A DNA stretch of 63,516 nucleotides, the filler included. It is 7 parts of 7 records of this genome, joined end to end, with 100 filler letters (N's around TTAATTAATTAA, not from the genome) between each part and the next. Parts side by side here need not be neighbours in the genome. Positions count along the whole stretch, not along the records: positions 35,099 to 45,708 come from DRR723986_9473; positions 45,809 to 52,758 come from DRR723986_9481; 5 more parts are not named here. One strand, written 5' to 3'. Positions within the stretch are counted from its first letter, which is position 1, and every line of letters begins with the position of its first letter. Of this stretch, positions 38,901 through 49,319 are shown in pieces. Below the pieces are notes generated by a model, which saw only the letters and a program-made list of their open reading frames with translations, made no database searches and was not told the origin of the DNA. A program made the translations under genes and the position numbers.

Positions 38901-41900
38901 AGCAACATTTACTTTTAATGCTGAAGCCTTTACCGGCACTGGTACTTTCACAACTCAAACCATTGGCAGCAATAGCGACGGCCTCGTCGCCGCCGATTTC
39001 AACGGCGATGGACTTCAGGACATCTTCCTGGCCGACACCGGTGGACACAAGCTGTTAACAGGCAATGGTGACGGCACATTTACAAGCACGGACCTGGGAT
39101 TTGGCACAGACAAATACCCTGCTGCAGGCGACTTTAACAATGATGGCCATCTGGACTTAATTGTTGTCGGTGACGGCGCGGACGAAATTCTGCTTAACAA
39201 TGGCAGCGGCTCCTTCAGCAGAAGCACTATAGCCGGTGACAATTCAACGGACGTCGATCTGGGCGATCTGGACGGTGACGGCGATCTGGACGCAATTGTG
39301 ACAGAAAATGGCGCCAAACCCAAGATTCTAACAAACGATGGCAGTGGGACCTTTAGCAGCGCAGAAATAGCCGGCGTGTACCAGGCGACCGGCGTTGTAA
39401 TTGCGGACCTGGACAATGACGGTGACCTCGATGTGGCGATCAGCCGTGATGAATCAGTTGGTGCCAGCCAGATTCGGCTCTTGAATCGCGGCGACGGAAC
39501 ATTCCAGACTTCTGCACGCTGGGCAGCTCGTGCAACAGACGTCGACGCCGGCGACTTCGATCTGGACGGCGATGTGGATCTGATCTACAGTACAATCACC
39601 GGCAGCCAAATGCTTTTTACCAACAACGGCGATGCAACCTTCGATCGCACGCAGTTTGGTGGTGGAACAAGCAGTGGAGTTGAGGTTTGTGATCTGGACG
39701 GCGACAACGACCCGGACATAATAGTCACTAATGCAGCCGGCACGGATGACGAAATCTGGATCAATGATGGAACTGGAACGTTTGTGATTAACAGTTTTGA
39801 CAATCCCGCCGATGGCAAACTACAGGCCGTTGATGTTGATGGCGACCGAGATTTGGATATTGTGGCCCTCGACGCTGATGGACCAGCGCAGTTGTGGTTA
39901 AACATCGACCCAATTCCAAAGGTTGTTAGTCTCTCCCCTTCCACAAACGCCAATGCAATTGCTCGATCAGGTGATATCGATTTTAGCTTTAACTACGACA
40001 TTAACAGCACAACGCTGAATCTCTCGACGCTTAAGAAATATCGCAACCTGACAGTACAGAGTCTGCAGCGAGGCAATCTTTCGACTCAGGCAAGCGTGAC
40101 AAGTGCAAATTCACATCGTGATGTCAAGATCAATCCCGACGGTGATTTCCTACCAGGTGAAGAACTAACGTTGACAATCCGCGAAGTACAAAGTTCGGGC
40201 AAGCTCTATATGGCGGATCCCAAAATTGTGACTTATCGCGCTGCAGTTGACAATGGTTCCGCTAGTTTCTATGCGCAGTTCATGGGGGCAGCCGCGGCGC
40301 AAAACCTCGCAGTCGGTGACTTAAACAAGGATGGGCATCTGGATGTAATATTGCCGGCACAAAGTGGACAGAGCGAGTTGTGGTTTGGCAATGGTGACGG
40401 GACATTTAGCATCACAGCATTAGCAGGCAATGGCTACAAAGCTGTAGATATTGCAGACTTCGAAGGTGACGGTGATCTGGATGTCATCCTTACTACAAAT
40501 GGCAGTGGACTCAGCGATACTGAGTTGCTGCTAAACAATGGTGACGGCACGTTCACCTCCAACAGTCTGTCCGGTGCAAATGCTATCAGTTCCTACTTCG
40601 TTGACACAAACGGCGACGGTGATCTTGACATTATCAGAGTTGAAGATGGAGCCATCGGACACCAAGAACAATTGGATGATGGATCTCTCATTACAAAACT
40701 GGTCTACGGCGGCACAACAGTGCTTGATGCGGCTATTGGCGACGTTAATGGCGACGGTCTGCCGGACCTATTTATCGCACGTGGCAGCGGCGGCGCTTCA
40801 CGATTAATGCTCAATGACGGTGACCACAACTTCAGCCTTGGTTCCGACTTCAACGTCGATGCATCACATGCAGACATGGCTGACCTGAATGGCGACGGCA
40901 TCAACGATCTGGTTTTTATTACAAATTCGACCTACGACTTCACGGATGGGGGGGCTTCTGAGGGCATCGCCATCTGGACCGGTAATGGCGACGGAACATT
41001 TAGTCAAAGTGTGGTAACATTGCCGCGGACATTTAACAGTTTTGCCTTCGGAGACTTAGATGCCGACGGTGATCTGGAAATCGTACTCAGCGGTACAAGT
41101 GGCGCCGACCGCTTGATGATAAACAATGGCAATGCGACGTTTAAGCAGCGCGATTTGTCTACAAACTCATCGAAAGCCGTTGCGATGGGCGACATTGACT
41201 CGGACGGAAATCTGGACCTGCTTCTGGCACGTGATTCCGGTGCTGCGACCTTGCTGAATCTGCTGGAGCCGGAAATCTCGGCTACTGTTCCCAATAACGT
41301 CATTGCGCAGACCAGCACGCTCAACGTTAGCGTAAGTGGCACGGATTTATATGCAACCGCGGCAAATATTACGACATTACATCCGGACGGTACGCCAAAA
41401 GGAATTGCACACTTGACTGTATCCAGCGCCAGCCTGACACATGCGAACGTCGTTTTACCGGCTGGCCTGGTGTCTACCGTTGGAACAGTTACTCTCAACC
41501 TCATTACTGGTGCAGGTACAACATCAACGACGATTGAAGTTCTGAATGATCAGCCATTGATTGTGACAGACAATACCGTATTGGCAACAGATGAGGATAC
41601 TGCAACCACAATTTGTTTAAGCCTCGCTGATATCAGCCCAGGGATTGGTGGATTGACCGTCACTCCCCCGGCAGCCGATGGAGTGACAATTGCTTCCATT
41701 GTTCAGCAGGGCGCGACGGCTGCAACGACCAAGTTCCTTGTGACACCTGTGCCGAATCAAAGTGGGACCGTTGAGTTAAATTTTACTGTCAGCGACGGCG
41801 ATTTGAGCAGCGTAACAACACTGACTTTGTCAGTACAGCCAGTAAACGACCCGCCGACGGTTGCAAGTACTAATACGGTACTGGTAACCGACGAAGACAC

Positions 41901-44900
41901 TCCTCCGACGACCTGGGTTAACATTGCAGACATCGACAACCCATTGACGGCCTTGTCATTGAGCGTCACGTCGAATAATCAGTCGCTTGTTACAAATGGT
42001 GGGATTGTGGTTCCGACGACAGCATCGGCTCTCACACCAATTCATATCAATCCGCTTACAAACATCAACGGTTCTTCCGACATTACGATTTTTGTAAATG
42101 ACGGAGAATACACACGTTCAACAACATTCAGCTTAACCGTTAATCCCGTTAACGATCCTCCTACGATCAGCACTGGCAATACGGCCCTGAATCTTTTGGA
42201 AGATGAAGACGGCAGTTTGTGGATTGATCTGGGTGATATTGACAATTCGTTTAATGAGTTGCAATTGACTGCAACATCAAACAATCAGTCTCTGTTAACA
42301 GATGCCAATTTGACAATTGTCACTCCAACCAGCGCAACAACGCGAATTGACTTTGATCCGACAGACAATGCCAATGGCAGTGCTCTACTCACAGTCACAG
42401 TAGATGATGGACAGTACCAGCGAACAACAACGTTTAACCTGAATGTTAGCCCGGTAAATGATGTTCCACAAATTGGTATTGCGAATACAATCTATACGAT
42501 CGACGAAGACGGTTCGACCAGTTTGCAGATAAGTGTTCTGGACCTGGATGATCCACTGAGTAATGTGGTGATCACAGCTCAGTCGGACAATACTTCCCTG
42601 TTAGCGCTAAACGGCATTAACATCGCAACTCCAACCACAGCATCAACCCAGATTGATTTGACACCATTGGCAGACCAAAACGGCAGCGCGGTGGTGACGA
42701 TTACAGCTGACGATGGCACGATTCCGCAGACTACCAGTTTCACACTGATTGTCAATCCGGTTAACGACGCGCCAGTAATCTCGGCAGTCAACGATGTGAC
42801 GATCGATCAGAATGGCGTTGAAACTGTCAACTTCAGTCTGACGGACATCGACAACAGTGTTACCAGTCTGATGGTCTCGGTTAGCAGCTCGAATCTAAGC
42901 CTGATAGATCCTGTTAATCAAGTATTCAGTGCAACGGCCGCGAATATGTCGTTAACCCTCAACCCTGAATGTGATCAATCTGGTGTAGCCGACCTGTTTA
43001 TCACCGTCGACGACGGCACCGATCCAATAACTTCGAGTTTTGAAGTAACTGTCAACGCACTTTTAGCAACAACAGTCAACGGGCAGGATGACATCTGTCC
43101 CTTTGATGAATTCAATTACAATGTTTCCCCATCAGTTCCAGGAGCAAGTCACACATGGTCGATTCAGGGTGGTACGATATTGGCTGGTCAGAACACAGAA
43201 AACGTTATAGTAGAATGGGAAGCGTCGACCAATGGTTCGCTATCGGTACTGCGCACTTGGCCTAACGGCTGCACCACACAGTCAGCACTTCCGATTACCA
43301 GCAAGACCGGAATCCAGACAGCGATGGACTTCAGCAGTATCGCTGGTCAGTCTTCAACATCCATCGCGGTGTTAAACAACGACAGCGGAAACTCCTTAAC
43401 TCTACAATCAGTTGAAACACCATCCAATGGTACGGTGACGGTTAACAATGGCATCGTGACTTACACAGCGGACAGTGGTTTCAGCGGAATTGAAACTTTC
43501 GCGTATATAGCCAGTGACCATGAAGGGTGCTCGGCTACGGGGGCAATTGTTGTTGTCGTCAGTGCTGCTCAGACGATGGTTAACATGCACTACATTGAGA
43601 CACTCAAAGACCGTGTTAATGGTGTACGCGGCTTAAACAGTGCCGGCGCTGTTACAACCAGCCCCGACGGCAAGTACGTGTACGCTGCGGGCCGTAGCGA
43701 CAATTCGATTGCGATCTTCAGTTCAGACCAGGTCAGTGGAACACTGACGTATCAGGGACGCATTCGAGACGGCTACAATGGTGTAGACGGGCTCAAGTAT
43801 GTCATGGATGTGGCAGTCAGTCCTGATGGCAAGAACCTCTACGCCGCGGGTTACGGCGAGAACGAACTGGCCGTATTCCGCATTGAAACTGATGGCTCGC
43901 TGACCTATCTGGAACAAAAGAAGAATGGCGCTATCGACTTTGGATTAACTACAAATGGCCTCTCGGCCCCACGCGCAGTTACTGTAAGCCCAGACGGACG
44001 GAATGTTTACGTAGCCGCATACAAGAATAACGCCATTTCGGTCTTCAAACGCGATATTACAGATGGCAAATTGCGCTTCGTAGAATACCATAAAGATGGG
44101 GTTAACGGTGTTGATGGCCTGAAATATGTGCTGGATCTAACGCTCAGCCCCGACGGTAAAAATCTATATGCCGCAGGCTACGGGGACAAATCGGTGGCAA
44201 TGTTCACACGCAATCTGCTTAACGGTACGCTAAATTATCTGGAACGTGTTAAAGATGGAGTAAATGGTGTAGACGGAATTGGTGGTGCCCGTGCGGTAGC
44301 TGTAAGTCCGGACGGTAAACAGATCTATGCAGCTGGTTATTCTGATGATGCGATTGCCGTGTTTAACCGCTCAGGCAGCGGTACAATGACATATCTAGAG
44401 AAACACCGCGATGGCAGCACAGCTCCAACAGGCTTGGATGGCGCGGGTGCCGTACAGGTTAGTCCTGATGGACGCCACGTTTGGGTTGCAGCTCAACTGG
44501 ACGACGCCGTGACTTTATTCCAACGCAACAGCGACGGCAGTCTCAAGGTCATTGAAACTCAGTTTGACAATAGCGGACAGGTTAACTACCTGAAGAAACC
44601 GGTGGCCCTCGCGCTATCGCCCAACAGTCAATACCTCTATTGTGCAGCCTGGACAGACGATGCCATTACCTGCATGTTCCGCAATCAGGTCCCGGTCGCA
44701 CAAGACGATGCAGGTGTAAATGTTGCCAAAAATACGACCATCAGCATGGATGTTCTGCTGAACGACAGCGATGCAGACGGACATACCATGTTGATTAACA
44801 GTGATACTGACGGCGTACTGGGAACAGTCGCAATTACGGGTGGCGGCACAACACTCGAGTATATGGCTGGAAACACCACAGGCGCCGATCAGTTCACTTA

Positions 44901-45294
44901 TACAATTAATGATGGACATGGTGGATCTTCGACCGCAACTGTCTCGATAGTCGTCCAAAGTGCCAAATCCGCTCTGCCTCTTGCCGAAAATGGAGTCCAG
45001 TCGCTACAGGATAATAGTTTGACGATTGCCCCCAATCCGGTCAATGTGGAAATGCGAATCAGCTTGGCTCTGGCCGAGCAACGCTCGCTGGTACTTACGA
45101 TTGTTGATGTCACGGGCCGCAGCCTTTTTGAAGTCCACCGCGGAACGGTAGCTGCCGGCCAAAGTGAGATCAATTGGACACTCACCAATGAGCTAAAGCA
45201 GTCCTTGCCATCAGGCCAATACATGTTGATGCTCGAAACAATCGATGCCGCGACTCCACTTCAGATAACACAGCCATTTTTGATTGTGCACTGA
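35974..45294 (+). CDS. Giant secreted surface protein: 4x(Ig-like + 7 FG-GAP/VCBS motifs), Ig/cadherin-like stalk, SPDG beta-propeller, T9SS-like C-terminal domain
   Basis: Signal peptide ending NALA-Q; 28 DxxxDGxxD-type motifs; five xND(P/V/A/Q)P modules; seven SP(D/N)(G/S) blades; C-terminal LTIAPNP...IVDVTGR...SGQYML. ORF track start is 35818; ATG 35974 preferred. Confidence 0.9.
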   Translation: MLKFFKRWNPQTMLAAVAWSCAVLGGNLLGTHNALAQIPTITEVLPASPLDLNSNVQVTFSTAMDTGTLTVNRNPNLATVNFYSQLRGYLSTKATVTYRNGNREVWLNPDVNFLPGEEFTLSVNDPESSGGVALARPQVFQFRSKSDGGTAVFSHATQHAATSSASVVLADFDNDGDIDAFFANRNGAANSIWKNNGRGSFSHQTRGNGDSRGVAAGDLDGDGDMDVVVANYDAETQIFRNYLGNFSFYNIAGTGNSTDVAIGDLDGDGDLDIYEANTNGQADRILFNNGNATFTTSTFGNFNSESLAIGDVDGDGALDVLVGVSGGSNRLLTNDIHNGGLFSESTLGGEPYGATIADFNNDGTPETYFAPAGTDNVIVADFNFDQNLDRILVDSDGVQTLHMNDGSGVFTAGTFGDATSGSIAGAAADLDADGDLDFLMATDGGNQNQIWSNATTPGPRIVETNPSTNATAYPNGGDITIRFSERIDASTLKTGVSAANVNLTIWGSQTGYDTAANIALDANGTVATITPNRHFLPGEKITIGVKGVRSDATGGYMPHDISWEVWRETNFGSGAWQSQTFGMSGNYTDVTLGDLDGDGDLDALFLTGHSQITMWKNDGDANFATSTFGLGNVSGTAVADLDEDGDLDIIGSRFYVQNVIYWNNGDATFTEELIGDYSGESSCVNVGDFNNDGLIDIIVGAENLDNDEVYWNNGDGTFRLTHTGGGTRTTDLYVGDLESDGDIDIVTATRLMWNARYRNNGNEGFRRENFERSDNYSRYSLMGDFDGDGVIEVFTGNTWDMEQGDFNADGFMDQFHADGASRVINYNNGDGTFNSVNYSYYQADARGVAIGDLDGDGDLDALTANFRNWMGNVIFLQSGTPKFKRSVPPNGGYGKRSGTVDVVFSDWMKDIGFDHLNQTLHLKKSMSASTEATVTLNDLNGRIFIDPDERFAVGERVMVTVKSGSESLDGKVNATSATFTFNAEAFTGTGTFTTQTIGSNSDGLVAADFNGDGLQDIFLADTGGHKLLTGNGDGTFTSTDLGFGTDKYPAAGDFNNDGHLDLIVVGDGADEILLNNGSGSFSRSTIAGDNSTDVDLGDLDGDGDLDAIVTENGAKPKILTNDGSGTFSSAEIAGVYQATGVVIADLDNDGDLDVAISRDESVGASQIRLLNRGDGTFQTSARWAARATDVDAGDFDLDGDVDLIYSTITGSQMLFTNNGDATFDRTQFGGGTSSGVEVCDLDGDNDPDIIVTNAAGTDDEIWINDGTGTFVINSFDNPADGKLQAVDVDGDRDLDIVALDADGPAQLWLNIDPIPKVVSLSPSTNANAIARSGDIDFSFNYDINSTTLNLSTLKKYRNLTVQSLQRGNLSTQASVTSANSHRDVKINPDGDFLPGEELTLTIREVQSSGKLYMADPKIVTYRAAVDNGSASFYAQFMGAAAAQNLAVGDLNKDGHLDVILPAQSGQSELWFGNGDGTFSITALAGNGYKAVDIADFEGDGDLDVILTTNGSGLSDTELLLNNGDGTFTSNSLSGANAISSYFVDTNGDGDLDIIRVEDGAIGHQEQLDDGSLITKLVYGGTTVLDAAIGDVNGDGLPDLFIARGSGGASRLMLNDGDHNFSLGSDFNVDASHADMADLNGDGINDLVFITNSTYDFTDGGASEGIAIWTGNGDGTFSQSVVTLPRTFNSFAFGDLDADGDLEIVLSGTSGADRLMINNGNATFKQRDLSTNSSKAVAMGDIDSDGNLDLLLARDSGAATLLNLLEPEISATVPNNVIAQTSTLNVSVSGTDLYATAANITTLHPDGTPKGIAHLTVSSASLTHANVVLPAGLVSTVGTVTLNLITGAGTTSTTIEVLNDQPLIVTDNTVLATDEDTATTICLSLADISPGIGGLTVTPPAADGVTIASIVQQGATAATTKFLVTPVPNQSGTVELNFTVSDGDLSSVTTLTLSVQPVNDPPTVASTNTVLVTDEDTPPTTWVNIADIDNPLTALSLSVTSNNQSLVTNGGIVVPTTASALTPIHINPLTNINGSSDITIFVNDGEYTRSTTFSLTVNPVNDPPTISTGNTALNLLEDEDGSLWIDLGDIDNSFNELQLTATSNNQSLLTDANLTIVTPTSATTRIDFDPTDNANGSALLTVTVDDGQYQRTTTFNLNVSPVNDVPQIGIANTIYTIDEDGSTSLQISVLDLDDPLSNVVITAQSDNTSLLALNGINIATPTTASTQIDLTPLADQNGSAVVTITADDGTIPQTTSFTLIVNPVNDAPVISAVNDVTIDQNGVETVNFSLTDIDNSVTSLMVSVSSSNLSLIDPVNQVFSATAANMSLTLNPECDQSGVADLFITVDDGTDPITSSFEVTVNALLATTVNGQDDICPFDEFNYNVSPSVPGASHTWSIQGGTILAGQNTENVIVEWEASTNGSLSVLRTWPNGCTTQSALPITSKTGIQTAMDFSSIAGQSSTSIAVLNNDSGNSLTLQSVETPSNGTVTVNNGIVTYTADSGFSGIETFAYIASDHEGCSATGAIVVVVSAAQTMVNMHYIETLKDRVNGVRGLNSAGAVTTSPDGKYVYAAGRSDNSIAIFSSDQVSGTLTYQGRIRDGYNGVDGLKYVMDVAVSPDGKNLYAAGYGENELAVFRIETDGSLTYLEQKKNGAIDFGLTTNGLSAPRAVTVSPDGRNVYVAAYKNNAISVFKRDITDGKLRFVEYHKDGVNGVDGLKYVLDLTLSPDGKNLYAAGYGDKSVAMFTRNLLNGTLNYLERVKDGVNGVDGIGGARAVAVSPDGKQIYAAGYSDDAIAVFNRSGSGTMTYLEKHRDGSTAPTGLDGAGAVQVSPDGRHVWVAAQLDDAVTLFQRNSDGSLKVIETQFDNSGQVNYLKKPVALALSPNSQYLYCAAWTDDAITCMFRNQVPVAQDDAGVNVAKNTTISMDVLLNDSDADGHTMLINSDTDGVLGTVAITGGGTTLEYMAGNTTGADQFTYTINDGHGGSSTATVSIVVQSAKSALPLAENGVQSLQDNSLTIAPNPVNVEMRISLALAEQRSLVLTIVDVTGRSLFEVHRGTVAAGQSEINWTLTNELKQSLPSGQYMLMLETIDAATPLQITQPFLIVH

Positions 45295-45350
45295 GATCGG
45301 GTTAAATAGTTACGGAGGCCGTGCACCAATGGTGTGACGTTCTCTCTGGT

Positions 45351-45379
45351 AAGGGAGGAACAAAAGTTCCTCCCTTTTT
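45351..45379 (+). terminator. Rho-independent terminator after the giant gene
   Basis: AAGGGAGGAAC-AAAA-GTTCCTCCCTT followed by a T-run. Confidence 0.85.
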
Positions 45380-45405
45380 AGTTTTTGGGCTTTCTAATCC
45401 GGGAG

Positions 45406-45452
45406 TTTTCTCCACTAGCTGTGAGATTGTGGCTCACAGCTAGTGGAGAAAA
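45406..45452. repeat. 20-bp perfect inverted repeat
   Basis: TTTTCTCCACTAGCTGTGAG-ATTGTGG-CTCACAGCTAGTGGAGAAAA. Confidence 0.85.
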
Positions 45453-45679
45453 ATTGAGATCCAAAATTCTCGCCGCTCAACACCTAAATCCGTCCACTAA
45501 ATTCCTCTCCGAGTCACTTCAGCCAAAATCCCTTGAACCTCAATTCCGTATAACAGCACACCTCCACACAGATTTTCAGCCGCAGATACCGAAGATTCGT
45601 TGAAGCGACTAATCTGCCAATAGCCGGGGAATTCCCGCTATTCCCCAGCCTCAAGATTCGCAGCCATGAATCAAGAGGT

Positions 45680-45708
45680 TGATCTTCCCCCCAGAATGTG
45701 GACACCAA
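45680..45708 (+). mobile_element. Probable IS3-family terminal inverted repeat at contig end
   Basis: TGATCTTCCCCCCAGAATGTGGACACC resembles the IS3 end (TGATCTT...GTGGACAC) as recalled; the contig breaks right after it. Confidence 0.6.
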
Positions 45709-45808
45709 NNNNNNNNNNNNNNNNNNNNNNNNNNNNNNNNNNNNNNNNNNNNTTAATTAATTAANNNNNNNNNNNNNNNNNNNNNNNNNNNNNNNNNNNN
45801 NNNNNNNN
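45709..45808. other. Artificial contig spacer
   Basis: N-run with TTAATTAATTAA. Confidence 0.98.
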
Positions 45809-46738
45809 AACCACCAAAGATGAACCCGAAAGTGAAAAAAGTTTGTTTTCCGAGCCAATAAAAATGCGCACGCCTTCGCCCTGTTCTGTCAGCTCAAGGA
45901 ATTGGGCGATATCGCGCTTGCGTTCGAGATCGTCAAACAACGATCTGATCAAATCTAGCTCGGCCTCGTCGCCCTGATCGGCCAGCAGGTTTGACCGGCC
46001 GCGCACAATCAGCCTTTCGCCATGCTCGCCCTGGGCATCCCACACAGCCAGGCCGCTTTCGACCAAATCATGCGCCAGGGTGTTTATCTCTTGGCGACGG
46101 CTGGCAATTTCCTCGCGGATCACTGTTTTCAGCTCGGTCAGCGTGCGCCCCTCGGCGAGGGCGTTTAGAAAATTGGCCGCCTCGCGCATTGACGAGGGGG
46201 TTTGCCCCATGGGCGGGGTAAACAGGCGGTTTTCAACATGACCATCGGCAAAAACCAGCACCACCAAGGCACGATCTTGGGACAAAGACACAAATTCCAC
46301 GTGGCGAATGGCTGCCTCGTGTTTGGGGGCCAGCACCAGCGACGCGCCGCGCGTTACACCCGATAGCGCCGTGCTGATACGGTCTAGCACATCGCCCACA
46401 TCCAGCGAATTGCTGGTTACTGTATCGTCTATTTTTCTGCGGTCGTTATCGTCTAGATCGCCCACCTCGAGCAGGCCATCAACAAACAGCCGCAGCCCCA
46501 TCTGCGTGGGCACGCGGCCAGCGCTTACATGGGGGCTGCCCAACAAGCCCAGATATTCCAGGTCTTGCATCACGTTGCGAATGGTGGCGGCGCTGACCTT
46601 TTCATTCATTGTGCGGGTCAGGGTGCGGCTGCCCACCGGATCGCCGCTTTGCAAATAGCCCTCGACCACGCGGCGAAACACCTCGCGCGAGCGTTCGTTC
46701 AACTCGTCAATAATCTTGGCGCCGTTTTGCTTCATCAC
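45809..46738 (-). CDS. hrcA: Heat-inducible transcription repressor HrcA (3' truncated)
   Basis: PVGSRTL, SAATIRNVMQDLE, HVSAGRVPT, VRIFIGSENKLF. Confidence 0.95.
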
Positions 46739-46844
46739 GTCCTATCCAGAACGGCATTAAAGACCGTAGGGCTGAAAGGTCAATCGGGGTTGCGCATCAC
46801 ATCTTCTCGCCTGTATCCCGAGGGAAATGGATAAGGAACACATC

Positions 46845-47558
46845 ATGCGCCCCTCTGGTAGAAATTTAGACGAAATGCGCCCAGTTTCAATCGAGACTGG
46901 CATCACAAAACACGCAGAAGGCGCGTGCATGATCCGTATGGGCGATACGCATGTGCTGTGCACCGCCACCATCGAAGACCGCGTGCCGCCCTTTATCAAG
47001 GGCTCGGGCCTGGGTTGGGTAACGGCCGAATATGGCATGTTGCCCCGCTCAACCAGCAGCCGCATGCGCCGCGAGGCCGCCGCCGGCAAGCAAGGCGGGC
47101 GCACAGTGGAAATTCAGCGCCTGATCGGCCGCGCCCTGCGCGCCGGTGTTGATCGCGTGGCCCTGGGCGAGCGGCAGATCACCATCGATTGCGATGTTAT
47201 TCAGGCCGATGGCGGCACGCGCTGCGCATCGATCACCGGGGGTTGGGTGGCGCTGCGCCTGGCGGTGAACAAACTGCTAAAGGCCGGCGATATCGTGACC
47301 GACCCGCTGATTTCGCCCGTTGCAGCCGTGTCTTGCGGCATTTACGCAGGCCAGCCCGTTCTTGACCTGGATTACCCAGAAGACAGCGAAGCCGGCGTTG
47401 ATGGCAATTTCATCATGCTGGGCAATGGCCAGCTGGTCGAGGTGCAGATGAGCGCCGAGGGCGCCACATTTAGCCGCGATCAAATGACAAAGCTGATGGA
47501 TCTGGCCGACAAGGGCGTAGCCGAATTGGTGGCCGCACAAATGGCAGCGGCACAATGA
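46845..47558 (+). CDS. rph: Ribonuclease PH
   Basis: [52 protein letters not shown]. Confidence 0.97.
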   Translation: MRPSGRNLDEMRPVSIETGITKHAEGACMIRMGDTHVLCTATIEDRVPPFIKGSGLGWVTAEYGMLPRSTSSRMRREAAAGKQGGRTVEIQRLIGRALRAGVDRVALGERQITIDCDVIQADGGTRCASITGGWVALRLAVNKLLKAGDIVTDPLISPVAAVSCGIYAGQPVLDLDYPEDSEAGVDGNFIMLGNGQLVEVQMSAEGATFSRDQMTKLMDLADKGVAELVAAQMAAAQ

Positions 47559-48166
47559 CACGGCGGTTTCAGGGGGATCGGCTGCTGGTGGCCACGCATA
47601 ACGCAGGCAAGCTGGAAGAGATTGCAGCCCTGCTGCAGCCCTTTGGCGTGGCGGTTGTGGGCGCGGCTGAAATGAACCTGCCCGAACCCGCTGAAACCGG
47701 CACGACTTTTGTGGAAAATGCCCGCATAAAGGCCCATGCCGCGGCACAGGCCACAGGCCTGCCCGCGCTGTCAGACGATAGCGGTATAGAAATCGATGCT
47801 TTGGGTGGTGCGCCTGGCGTTTATACCGCCGATTGGGCCGAAACCCCCAATGGCCGCGATTTCGTGATGGCCATGACGAACACAGTGCAAAAGTTAAACG
47901 AAACCGGCCTGCCCCAGCCCTGGACGGCACGGTTTTGCTGCACATTGGTCTTGGCCTGGCCCGATGGCCACGACGAGGTGTTTCCAGGCACGATCGAGGG
48001 CGAAATCACCTGGCCCATGCGCGGCAACCAGGGCCATGGCTATGACCCGATATTCCAGCCCATCGGCCAGTCCATCAGCTTTGGCGAAATGGACCGCTGG
48101 GAAAAGAACCGAATCAGCCACCGCGCCGATGCGTTCAATAAATTTGTAGCGGGCTGTTTTGGCTGA
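47555..48166 (+). CDS. rdgB: dITP/XTP pyrophosphatase (RdgB/HAM1)
   Basis: ATHNAGK, ENARIKA, DDSG, GYDPIF, KNRISHR. Confidence 0.95.
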   Translation: MTRRFQGDRLLVATHNAGKLEEIAALLQPFGVAVVGAAEMNLPEPAETGTTFVENARIKAHAAAQATGLPALSDDSGIEIDALGGAPGVYTADWAETPNGRDFVMAMTNTVQKLNETGLPQPWTARFCCTLVLAWPDGHDEVFPGTIEGEITWPMRGNQGHGYDPIFQPIGQSISFGEMDRWEKNRISHRADAFNKFVAGCFG

Positions 48167-49316
48167 CGATTGGGAAAATGGCGGCTTTGGCCTGTATCTG
48201 CATTGGCCCTTTTGCCAGGCCAAATGCCCCTATTGCGATTTCAACAGCCATGTCGCACGCAGCATCGATCAAAACGCCTGGCTGCAGGCCTATCTTGCCC
48301 AGCTACAGGCCTATGCAGCACTAACACCGGGGCGTGTGTTGCATTCGGTGTTTTTTGGCGGCGGCACGCCCAGCCTGATGAACCCCGATATCGTGCATGC
48401 GATTATCGCCGAAATTCGCCGCCTTTGGCCGGTTGCCAATGATCTGGAAATCACGCTCGAGGCCAACCCAAGCTCGGTCGAGGCGGGGCGCTTTGCCGGC
48501 TATGCCGATGCCGGGGTGAATAGAATTTCTATGGGAATTCAGGCACTTAACGATGCGGATCTGCACCGTTTGGGCCGCATACACACCGTGGCAGAGGCGA
48601 TGCAAGCCTTTGATATTGCAAGAAACCAATTTTCCCGCGTCAGTTTCGACCTGATTTATGCCCGCCAAAACCAAAGCTTGGCAGATTGGCAGGCGGAATT
48701 GGCCAAGGCACTGGATCTGGCCGTTGATCACCTGTCGCTTTACCAGCTGACCATCGAAGATGGCACCGCCTTTGGCGACCGCTACGCGCGCGGCAAGCTG
48801 CACGGCCTGCCCCCCGATGACCTGGCCGCCGATATGTATCAAGCCACCCAAGACCTGTGCGGCGCTGCCGGCCTATTGGGATACGAGGTATCAAACCACG
48901 CGCGCCCTGGCGCAGAATCGCGCCATAACCGCGTGTATTGGCGCTATGGCGATTATATCGGCATTGGCCCAGGCGCCCACGGGCGGCTTACATTGGGCGG
49001 GCAGCGATATGCCACTGTGCATTGGTCTGCGCCCGGCAAATGGCTAAACGCGGCGCAAACCAACGCAACAGAGCAACACCGCGATGCAATTTCGCGCGCC
49101 GATCAGGCCGATGAGTTTCTGATGATGGGCCTGCGCCTGGCCGAAGGAATAAACCCCGCCCGCTATGCCCAGTTGGCCGGGCACCCCTTGCCAGATAAAA
49201 ACTTGCGCTATCTATCCGATATAGGAATGGTTGAAACATCGCATGATAATATCCGCGTCACCGATGCCGGGCGGATTGTTTTAAACGGTGTTTTGAAAGA
49301 GCTTATCACAGGGTAA
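48159..49316 (+). CDS. hemW: Radical SAM heme chaperone HemW
   Basis: YLHWPFCQAKCPYCDFNS, FFGGGTPS, YEVSNH, HNRVYW. Confidence 0.93.
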   Translation: MADDWENGGFGLYLHWPFCQAKCPYCDFNSHVARSIDQNAWLQAYLAQLQAYAALTPGRVLHSVFFGGGTPSLMNPDIVHAIIAEIRRLWPVANDLEITLEANPSSVEAGRFAGYADAGVNRISMGIQALNDADLHRLGRIHTVAEAMQAFDIARNQFSRVSFDLIYARQNQSLADWQAELAKALDLAVDHLSLYQLTIEDGTAFGDRYARGKLHGLPPDDLAADMYQATQDLCGAAGLLGYEVSNHARPGAESRHNRVYWRYGDYIGIGPGAHGRLTLGGQRYATVHWSAPGKWLNAAQTNATEQHRDAISRADQADEFLMMGLRLAEGINPARYAQLAGHPLPDKNLRYLSDIGMVETSHDNIRVTDAGRIVLNGVLKELITG

Positions 49317-49319
49317 ATC

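Noticed and set aside
36480-41230. Regularly spaced GA(T/C)CTGGACGGCGA-like DNA repeats as a CRISPR array or DGR
   Set aside because: Degenerate, in-frame codons for FG-GAP motifs; no identical repeats, cas genes or reverse transcriptase.
46739-46844. CIRCE element upstream of hrcA
   Set aside because: No TTAGCACTC-N9-GAGTGCTAA match seen.
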